Shown: piece after piece, positions 54,579 through 61,515 of the stretch
Layout: every line of letters starts with the position of its first letter
Numbering within the stretch: the stretch's first letter is position 1
Source: Candidatus Omnitrophota bacterium
Lineage (GTDB): Bacteria > Omnitrophota > Gorgyraeia > 1-14-0-20-64-10
Length of the DNA stretch: 64,000 nucleotides
Assembly (NCBI GenBank): GCA_023818695.1
Contig: JAMWCF010000001.1
Coordinates: forward strand, 467,306 to 531,305
Direction: 5' to 3'
Program-made: the position numbers and the translations under genes
Notes under the pieces: model-generated
The model's input: only the letters and a program-made list of their open reading frames with translations
Databases searched by the model: none
Told to the model about the DNA's origin: nothing

Positions 54579-55262
54579 TCAGGGGTCGCCGACCCATCGC
54601 TTACCCGGCACGGAGTCCAGCAGGTGCCGGTTCCTGTCGCCGGCATGCATGAAGAAGACATAGTCCCTGGGCTGAGTCTCGCAGGCGAGCAACCGCTGCA
54701 CCACCTCATCGGGATGGTGCTGCGAGGAGAGAAGCGAGAGATCCGCGACCACGAGATGCGGCTTGTGATCCGCCAGGAGTTTGAGGGCGTGCTCGAGCTG
54801 GGCGGTCCTGAGGATGAAGTACATACCTTCCGCCACCAGCGGATCCCGCAGGAGGCGCATCAGCGCGCGGGTGAGCCCGAGGTCCGGCTCCAGGAGCAGG
54901 ACGTCTGCCCTGGGCCACTCCCTCGCCGGCCCGCCGGATTCCGCCAGCCCGGGCAGGATCTGCTGGACTTCCTCGGCGTCTTTCTCGAGCAGGAACATGC
55001 ACATCGCCTCGACCATCGGCTCCCGAGCCAGGGGCTTTGGCAGTAAGCGGTCGCAGCCGACGGCCCGGAGCTCCCGTTCCTGATCCGGCTCAGCACCTAG
55101 CGCCAGGACCTTTGCCAGGGGCGCATCGGCCCGGACCCGCCGGATCAATGTCAAACCGGAGGGGCCTAGCGTCTCCAGATTGAGGACGAGCAGATCCAGC
55201 TTCGCCCAGCTGAGGATCTGCTCGGCTTCCTCCACGCCGACGATCAGGATCTTGAATTCCAA
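54579..55262 (-). CDS. Degenerate REC-pseudoREC protein (paralog 2); reading frame continues past an in-frame TGA to 54504
   Basis: ILIVGVEE and LLVLNLE replace the DD and D sites. It ends ...GKRWVGDP-TGA. The next 24 in-frame codons encode TEESLGTLVQLIGRTALEHRLVVQ, homologous to the paralog C-termini. Confidence 0.75.
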   Translation of the reverse strand: MEFKILIVGVEEAEQILSWAKLDLLVLNLETLGPSGLTLIRRVRADAPLAKVLALGAEPDQERELRAVGCDRLLPKPLAREPMVEAMCMFLLEKDAEEVQQILPGLAESGGPAREWPRADVLLLEPDLGLTRALMRLLRDPLVAEGMYFILRTAQLEHALKLLADHKPHLVVADLSLLSSQHHPDEVVQRLLACETQPRDYVFFMHAGDRNRHLLDSVPGKRWVGDP

Positions 55263-56104
55263 CGGCCCCTCCTACCGTTTGACCAGCCCGTGCTCCAGGG
55301 CCGTCTTGCGGATGAGCTCCCCAGGGTTTCCAGCTCTCTCTCTTTCCAGGGGTTACCCTGCCAATGCTTGAATGAGAGGGTGTTCAAGACCTGCTGCCGC
55401 TCTGGCGGCAGCGGCCTGTGGAAGTAGAACAGGTAGTCCTTCGGCTGATACTCGCAACTCGTGAGTTGCTTGACGGCATCCGCCGGTGCCGGGACGGTCA
55501 GGAGATCCACCATGACCAGATCCGGGCGCATAGCGAAAAGCACTGTCATCGCCTGCGACAGGTCGTCTGCCCAGCTAAAATGATAGGTGCCGTAGCCTCT
55601 GCCCGGTTCGGGGTGACGCAGGAAATAGATGATGGGTGCGGCGATGTCCTTGACCGGTTCCAGGATCAGGATGTCGGCCAGCGGCTCGCCGGGTGAAGCC
55701 TGCTCCAACTCCTCCGGCATGGTGACCGTCTTGAGCTCCTCCTCATCCTTGCGGGTGAGCAGCGAATCCACTGTGCGGACCAGGCGCTCCATGGCGAATG
55801 GCTTCTGGACGAAGGCGTCGTAGCCGAGGGGTTTCACCTCGTTCTCCCGCTCGGGGAAGGCGGTCACGACGACCACCCGGGTCTGGGGCGCCTTCGCGCG
55901 GATGTGCCTCAGGACATCCGCCCCGGAGAGGCCCGGCATCTGCAGGTCCAGCAGCACCAAGTCCGCCGGCTGCCGGTCGAAGGCCTCCACCGCCTCCTCC
56001 CCGGAGAGCGCCTGCGACACCAGATAACCCTTCTCGAAGAAGATCTCCGTCAGCGTCGAGACGAGACTCTCCTCATCGTCCACCACCAGAATCCGGAACT
56101 CCAT
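55244..56104 (-). CDS. Response regulator REC plus pseudoREC (paralog 3), C-terminus apparently frameshifted
   Basis: ILVVDDEE, LVLLDLQMPG, VVTA and VQKP. After ...WKERELETLG the conserved tail ELIRKTALEHGLVKR-stop (stop at 55272) lies in another frame. Confidence 0.8.
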   Translation of the reverse strand: MEFRILVVDDEESLVSTLTEIFFEKGYLVSQALSGEEAVEAFDRQPADLVLLDLQMPGLSGADVLRHIRAKAPQTRVVVVTAFPERENEVKPLGYDAFVQKPFAMERLVRTVDSLLTRKDEEELKTVTMPEELEQASPGEPLADILILEPVKDIAAPIIYFLRHPEPGRGYGTYHFSWADDLSQAMTVLFAMRPDLVMVDLLTVPAPADAVKQLTSCEYQPKDYLFYFHRPLPPERQQVLNTLSFKHWQGNPWKERELETLGSSSARRPWSTGWSNGRRGRWNSRS

Positions 56105-56500
56105 CTACCCTCCCTTCTTCTTCCGCTCCAGCTCCAGGGCCCCCTCCTGGATCTTCGCCAGGATCTGCTCCATCGGCATCGGCTTGACCAGGTAGTCCCG
56201 GGCGCCTAAGGCCACCGCCTTGTCCCGGAACTCTTGGTCGTCGAACCCGGTGAAGATGTAAACCATCAGGTCCGGGTTCGCCGCCTTGGCCTCCCGGAAC
56301 ACCCGGAACCCGCTCATGTCCGGCAGATCGAGGTTCAGCAGCATCATGTCCGGGCGCTCCTTCTGGGCCAGGGCGATCCCCTCGGCCCCCTTCAGGGCCG
56401 TCACCACATCGAACCCGCCGTAGTCCCGGAACAGCATCTCGACCGTCTGGGCGGTGTCCGGCTCGTTCTCCACGATCAGGATCTTGATCTTATGCGGCAT
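56105..56500 (-). CDS. Single-domain pseudo-receiver (phospho-acceptor Asp replaced by Asn)
   Basis: ILIVENEP and DMMLLNLDLPDMSG align to DD and LLD-L-P-M-G. IFTG and VKP are retained. Confidence 0.8.
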   Translation of the reverse strand: MPHKIKILIVENEPDTAQTVEMLFRDYGGFDVVTALKGAEGIALAQKERPDMMLLNLDLPDMSGFRVFREAKAANPDLMVYIFTGFDDQEFRDKAVALGARDYLVKPMPMEQILAKIQEGALELERKKKGG

Positions 56501-58739
56501 GGCTCGCCTTGTCCTCTTTCAGGGCTGGCAACTGGATGGTGCAGCGGGTCCCCTTGCCGTACTCCGACTCCATGAAAATCCGCCCGCCGTGGGCCATGAG
56601 AATCCGCTTGATGTAGAAAAGCCCCAGCCCATGACCACCGGGCCCCATCCCCTGAGAGGATCCCTTCGTCGTAAAGAGTGGCACAAAAATCTTCTTCTTC
56701 TTGTCCGGCTCTTTGATTCCGATCCCGTTGTCCTCGACGGTGATGATGACTTTGCCGTTCTCCTCCTGCGCCTTCACCACCACCCGCCCGTGGTAGGGCT
56801 CCGGCGGTTCGGGCAGCGCCTTCAGCCGCATCTTGCGGATCCGCTCCTCGACGGCGTCCACCGCGTTGTCGATCACGTTCATGATCGAGTCGTGGATCTG
56901 CGCCGAGTTGCAGGAGATCCTCGGCAGGTTGGTGGAAATCCCGTTGACGATCTCCGGCACCTCCGCCTCCTCCACCACCTTGCCGCGGGCGTGTTTGAAG
57001 CGCACAAACTCGATGGCATCCTGGACCATCGGCAAGATCTCCGCCTGCTGGAACTCGGCCGGGATCGTCTTTGCCAGGCTCATGACTCCCTTGGCGATCT
57101 CGCCGGCCCGGGCGCACTCCTTGCGGATCGACTCGAAGGCCCGCAAAACCCGCGTCAGTCTGGTCAGGTCGAACTCCCCCTTCTTGAGAACCTGCCCCAG
57201 CCAAGACATCGCCTGCCAGCAGAGGTTCTCGATCACCTGGATCCGGTTGCTGTATTGGTGCGAGACGGCGCCGGAAATGTCCAGGGCCATCTGGTCGCGC
57301 TCCCGCTCGACCACCTTTTGCTCCTCCGCCTCGTGAAACCGGGCGTTCTCGATGGCCAGCGCCGCCTGGTTGGCCAGCACCATGAGGAGGTTCAGGTCAT
57401 CCTGCGTCCAGATCCGGCCCGCGCGCTTGTCGCCCAACACGAGGAACCCCAGGAACCGGCGCTGGTGGAAGGCCGGGATCATCACGGAGGCCTTGAACAA
57501 GTCCATCTCCCGGGCCATCTCCCGCCAGTTGGCCGAGAGGGCTTGCTGGTGCAGCCGCAATTCCTCCTTGACTCGTGGGATCCTGACCGTGGAGAGATCC
57601 TTGGCCAGGGTCGAAGTAGCCGCCAGAGCGTCCGGCAGAAAGGAATCCTTCCGGGGTGGGTGATAGCGGCTGGCCTTCTGCCGGTACCGGCCGTCATTGC
57701 CTTCCATCAGGTAGATTGCTGCATGCGAGATGTTCAGGACTGTGACGAGCCGGCGGACGATCTGTTTCAGCAGCGTTTTCTCCCGAAGGAACCGCATCAT
57801 GTCCTGCGAGATGAACCTGAGGTCCTCGTGGGCCTTGTGCTCCTCGGCGAGGAGAAGATTCTCGGTTCTCTTCTGGAAGTACTGGTTGACGTAATGGGCC
57901 GCTGTAGTAAAGATAGCGCATGCAAACCATAACCCTACCCACCAGTTGACTCCGAATGCCTGCTCGAGCTTCGGACGCCATTCAAGAGCGACGAGGAGAG
58001 GCAAGCCCAAAGTGAAAGCATAGACCAGCGCAAAAACCCATGTGCGCCTGATGGCCAAGTTGATGTCCATGAGGCGATGCCGCGTGATGGCGTAGAAAAT
58101 TACGGAGAAAGAAGCCAGGATAAAGAAAGCGCCAATGGGATAGAAATTCATGCCGTAGTTGATGAGGAACTCGATTGCGGAACAACAGAAGAGGATAAAT
58201 GCTATCCACGTAAATTTGGCTTGATTGTGCTTGGTGGCCGTTCTTTGCCCGGAACCTGCCCTCACGGCTACAGTCAGCATCCAAAGGAGGCGCCCAAGCG
58301 TTGCAGCAACGAATAGAACGAGAAGAGGGTGAAGAAACCCGGCCTTCCCATATATTCCCCAGCTGAAAGTATGGTAACCGTCGACGATAAGATCGGTACT
58401 CCACAAGAGAAGGAAAAACAAACCGCTGAAGGTGTAGAGAATCCTCACCACTCGCCCGTCTCGGAGGCGCCATCGGTCCAAGAAATGAGTGACGAAGTGA
58501 AGCGCCGTTACCGGCAAAACAACGATGGATGAGAAGGCAACCCTGACTATTAGTTGCTGCTGTGGGTCTGTAACCAAGAAGTAAGATGCGAACCAGCAGG
58601 CCTGCCAGATGAAGAATTCCAAACACATCAGGGCAAATGTTCGGTTGGATGGGGAATAGCGATTTCGGCTGAAAACCAGGAAAGTGAGGAAGAGGGCTGT
58701 TAGACTTGTGGCGAGTGGCGGGAGAACGTAAAAGGACAT
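56490..58739 (-). CDS. Membrane sensor histidine kinase: N-terminal 7-TM domain, GAF, DHp, HATPase_c
   Basis: About seven hydrophobic helices in the first ~290 aa. GAF region (FLGFLVLGDKRAGRIWTQDDLNLLMVLANQAALAIENA). N-box NVIDNAVDA and G-boxes VEDNGIGI and GLGLFYIKRIL. The H-box is atypical (AVSHQYSN). Confidence 0.88.
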   Translation of the reverse strand: MSFYVLPPLATSLTALFLTFLVFSRNRYSPSNRTFALMCLEFFIWQACWFASYFLVTDPQQQLIVRVAFSSIVVLPVTALHFVTHFLDRWRLRDGRVVRILYTFSGLFFLLLWSTDLIVDGYHTFSWGIYGKAGFLHPLLVLFVAATLGRLLWMLTVAVRAGSGQRTATKHNQAKFTWIAFILFCCSAIEFLINYGMNFYPIGAFFILASFSVIFYAITRHRLMDINLAIRRTWVFALVYAFTLGLPLLVALEWRPKLEQAFGVNWWVGLWFACAIFTTAAHYVNQYFQKRTENLLLAEEHKAHEDLRFISQDMMRFLREKTLLKQIVRRLVTVLNISHAAIYLMEGNDGRYRQKASRYHPPRKDSFLPDALAATSTLAKDLSTVRIPRVKEELRLHQQALSANWREMAREMDLFKASVMIPAFHQRRFLGFLVLGDKRAGRIWTQDDLNLLMVLANQAALAIENARFHEAEEQKVVERERDQMALDISGAVSHQYSNRIQVIENLCWQAMSWLGQVLKKGEFDLTRLTRVLRAFESIRKECARAGEIAKGVMSLAKTIPAEFQQAEILPMVQDAIEFVRFKHARGKVVEEAEVPEIVNGISTNLPRISCNSAQIHDSIMNVIDNAVDAVEERIRKMRLKALPEPPEPYHGRVVVKAQEENGKVIITVEDNGIGIKEPDKKKKIFVPLFTTKGSSQGMGPGGHGLGLFYIKRILMAHGGRIFMESEYGKGTRCTIQLPALKEDKASHAA

Positions 58740-58786
58740 TTTATTCGTCAGAAGTCACGGCCACTCGCATAAACGTGACTTCGGGG

Positions 58787-58942
58787 TCAATACCGTAGTA
58801 CCATTCCACCCATAGTAAATTCCGCTCCATAGGCCAATGCAAAAACCGTGTCGACTCGTTTAATCCTGCCCTCCCGAGCTGCCTCATCCAAATAGACCGG
58901 CATCTCTGCCGACACGAGGTTACCGTATTTCGAGGGCGAATT
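58787..58942 (-). pseudogene. Remnant of a second KAS III-like gene (C-terminal ~50 codons only)
   Basis: In frame directly after the TAA at 58943-58945: NSPSKYGNLVSAEMPVYLDEAAREGRIKRVDTVFALAYGAEFTMGGMVLRY-stop. This parallels the upstream gene's FSRYGNLVSAELPVLLDENMRAGRIKRGQLVLMFTYGAGFTSACAVVRL. Confidence 0.7.
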
Positions 58943-60298
58943 TTAAAGCCTGACTACTGCACAGGCACTGGTGAACCCCGCACCATATGTGAACATGAGC
59001 ACTAGTTGCCCCCGTTTAATTCGACCGGCGCGCATGTTCTCGTCCAACAAGACGGGAAGTTCTGCCGACACGAGATTTCCGTAGCGGGAGAAGTTTTCCA
59101 CCACCTTGTTCTGAGGTACTCCTAAAAGGCCGAGGGAGTACTCAAACAAGAACTTGCTCGGGTAATGCAGAAGGAAGACGTCTATGTCACCGATGGAAAC
59201 CCGTGCTTTCCGAAGCGTCCTGTTAACAAAGGGGATCAGGTGTCGGTCCATTACTTGAAAGAACTCTTCCCGGGCCGGGTTCATGTAGAAATAGCCTTTG
59301 TATTCGTCAGGAATTCCCGGTGGGGTGACGGTCCACGGCAGAGGAGCAAAAATGTGTGTTCCGTATTCCCCTCTGTTCCATAGTTCGCAGGCGAGGATGT
59401 CGCCCTCGCCTGAGGAATCCGCTTCGAGCAGAATGCCACCCGCTCCGTCTCCAAAAATAGCCCTGTGCATCAAGCTTTTAAACGGAAGAGACGAACCTAC
59501 TGTGCTAGCGGCGAGAACCAGAATCGCTTTGTGCCCACCCGCGATGTATCGGCGTGCGATGTCCACCGCACAAAGCCACCCAGAACAAGACATGTTAATC
59601 TCGAAGGCTGGGCAGTGTGCCCCGATCCTGACTTGTACCGTACTTCCCACATCGGGGGCTACTGCATCTCCGGGATTCACTGCACAAATGATCATGTCTA
59701 TGGTCGAGGGGTGCCGTTTCGCCTTGGTCAGGATCGCCTTGGCCACTTCGGCCATCATGCTTGAAGCATTTTGGCCTGGCTGTACGCTCCGCCTCTCAAT
59801 AGCCCCCAACGCACGCTGAATAGTTAAATCTGTGGATTTCAGTCCGTTTGCAATGATGTGGTCGTTCGTTACAATCTTATCGGGAAGAAAGCTGGCGGTG
59901 TGCGCTATCCTTGCAGTTACAGTGCGCCGACCAAAATCCCGCGTGTCCGCCGGGCCACGCGCACCCATAACGAGTTTCGCCACGATGTCTGATCCCGATT
60001 CGAGTATCCGGGAGAACTGGATTCCAGTGAGGTACCCGGAGGCAAAATTCTCAGAAGGTATACCGTTCACGTGATATTGCCAAACAACCACGCCCTCGGC
60101 TTCCACAATCTGAGTGGGGCTGGTTTGTATTTTAAGATTGAGATAACTCTCCTTCGGGAGACTTCTGGGGAGAATGGCGCTTACGCCCCCTTGGCTGAGG
60201 TCCCAAGTAGTGCCCGAACAAGGCTTCTCTGGTGCGCCCTTAAAGACACACGTAACCGGCAGTGCCGTTTTTACTCGACCGACGTGGCGACGTTCCAT
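58943..60298 (-). CDS. PilZ domain fused to a 3-oxoacyl-ACP synthase III (FabH/KAS III-like) domain
   Basis: N-terminal RRHVGR (RxxxR) and DLSQGG (DxSxxG) with ...VVVWQ...GIQF. The C-terminal ~330 aa is thiolase-fold with a candidate Cys-His-Asn triad (NMSCSGW, LLHYPSK, YGNLVSAE). Confidence 0.8.
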   Translation of the reverse strand: MERRHVGRVKTALPVTCVFKGAPEKPCSGTTWDLSQGGVSAILPRSLPKESYLNLKIQTSPTQIVEAEGVVVWQYHVNGIPSENFASGYLTGIQFSRILESGSDIVAKLVMGARGPADTRDFGRRTVTARIAHTASFLPDKIVTNDHIIANGLKSTDLTIQRALGAIERRSVQPGQNASSMMAEVAKAILTKAKRHPSTIDMIICAVNPGDAVAPDVGSTVQVRIGAHCPAFEINMSCSGWLCAVDIARRYIAGGHKAILVLAASTVGSSLPFKSLMHRAIFGDGAGGILLEADSSGEGDILACELWNRGEYGTHIFAPLPWTVTPPGIPDEYKGYFYMNPAREEFFQVMDRHLIPFVNRTLRKARVSIGDIDVFLLHYPSKFLFEYSLGLLGVPQNKVVENFSRYGNLVSAELPVLLDENMRAGRIKRGQLVLMFTYGAGFTSACAVVRL

Positions 60299-60304
60299 TC
60301 TGTT

Positions 60305-60568
60305 CTACCCCGGTTTGTTGCCGCTTAAGTGCCGCTGCAAGAAGTCGATAGTATCTTGGACGGTCACCAGCCTCATGGCTTCATCATCTGGAATTTTGAT
60401 GCCGAACGCTTCCTCTAATTTCATCACCAGCTCAATCCGCTGAAGGGAGTCCGCTCCCAGGTCCTCTGCGATTTTTTTCTCTGGAAGTACTTCTTCCACC
60501 TTAACCTTCAATTCTTCCGAGAGGGTCACTCTGGCCTTCTCGGCTATTTGAGAGGCAGTTAGCACCAT
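60305..60568 (-). CDS. Acyl carrier protein
   Basis: EDLGADSLQRIELVMKLEEAFGIKIPDDEA (DSL motif); 87 aa. Ends 6 nt before the PilZ-KASIII start. Confidence 0.88.
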   Translation of the reverse strand: MVLTASQIAEKARVTLSEELKVKVEEVLPEKKIAEDLGADSLQRIELVMKLEEAFGIKIPDDEAMRLVTVQDTIDFLQRHLSGNKPG

Positions 60569-60630
60569 TTCACTCTCTCGAGCACATCCGGTTCCATGCC
60601 CACCGATGAAGAACGAAAGCTATAAAGAGC

Positions 60631-60654
60631 AAAAACGGCCGGACACATCCGGCC
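60631..60654 (-). terminator. Rho-independent terminator after the HTH gene
   Basis: Minus strand reads GGCCGGA-TGTG-TCCGGCC followed by GTTTTTGCTCTTT, starting 2 nt after the TGA stop. Confidence 0.7.
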
Positions 60655-60656
60655 AC

Positions 60657-60935
60657 TCATGAGTTCTGTCCTCTCTTGGACTTTTTCAGGCGCTTCTTTG
60701 CGGTCAACCCGCTTGCTTTGGTGTAGGTTTTATCGAGAAACTGGTCCACCGCCCGTCGCACCGCCCGGCTCTTTGGCGACCTACCGTACTTGAGCCAACG
60801 GTAGACGGACATCGAATGGACACCGATCTCATGGCCCAGCTCATCGTAGCTAAGCCCTCGGCGCTTTTTGATTTCCCGAAGTTTTTCGATCTGATCGACT
60901 GACACATTATGGGAGTGTAGCAAAAGCATACACAA
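60657..60935 (-). CDS. Small HTH DNA-binding protein (XRE or transposase-OrfA-like)
   Basis: RRGLSYDELGHEIGVHSMSVYRWLKYG helix-turn-helix with a basic C-terminus. Lies adjacent to the IS end. Confidence 0.7.
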   Translation of the reverse strand: MCMLLLHSHNVSVDQIEKLREIKKRRGLSYDELGHEIGVHSMSVYRWLKYGRSPKSRAVRRAVDQFLDKTYTKASGLTAKKRLKKSKRGQNS

Positions 60936-60957
60936 AAGTCAAACTTTCTCAGTCTCG

Positions 60958-61501
60958 CTGTCAAACCAAAACAGAAATGTCCGGTATTCCCCAAAATAGA
61001 AATGTCTGGTTTTAATGCTTTGCTTTAAGGTTTGAAGCTCTGGAGAGTTAAGGGGCTGGGTTAGCTTCATCGTTACACGCACATCTTTTTTCGCCACGGA
61101 TGATCTGCCGCCGGCTTGCGGGCCATCTGCGGGAAGAACCGGCTGATCGTCCAGATGAACGACTCCGGCTTAGCCTTGGGCTGAATCGGAATCGGCCGAT
61201 AGGCCAGCTCCTTGCCCTCATGCAAAACACGCATCCGGCCCTGGGGACTGATCGTCACCGCCACCCCCTGCTTGGCCAAGGGACGTAGATCAGACGGCCA
61301 CACCTGCCGCGTGCTCAACTCCACAAGCGGCTGCCTCAACCTGCGTCGTCTGCTTCTTTAAGACCGCTTCAAGAACTGGAAGCCTTCGAAGCTCCTTCTG
61401 GCTCATCGTGACAACGTCCTCGTTCATAATACCCTCCTGTCTTCCAACAAGAGGACATTTTTACTTTGGTAGAACCGGACATTCTCACTTTGGTATTACA
61501 C
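60958..61501 (-). mobile_element. Internally deleted IS derivative, copy 2 (complete ~50-bp left terminal repeat)
   Basis: Identical to copy 1 over 511 bp. Its left end carries two tandem ~20-bp motifs (ccaaaacagaaatgtccgg and ccaaaatagaaatgtctgg) that mirror the two at the right end. Copy 1 lacks 25 bp here. Confidence 0.8.
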
Positions 61502-61515
61502 TTATTCCCGTCGAA
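61502..61515. repeat. Flanking direct repeat (target-site-duplication-like), right copy; equals the tilS 3' end
   Basis: ttattcccgtcgaa abuts the IS end. Its reverse complement is TTCGACGGGAATAA, the last tilS codons plus TAA. Confidence 0.6.

Noticed and set aside
54579-54581. Genome-wide UGA reassignment (UGA = Trp or Gly) as the explanation for the in-frame TGA
   Set aside because: TGA functions as a normal stop elsewhere in the window. Examples are rpsK at 14859-14861, and the ATGA stop/start overlaps at rpsQ/rplN and acpS/nnrD. A local lesion or readthrough is more likely than an alternative genetic code.
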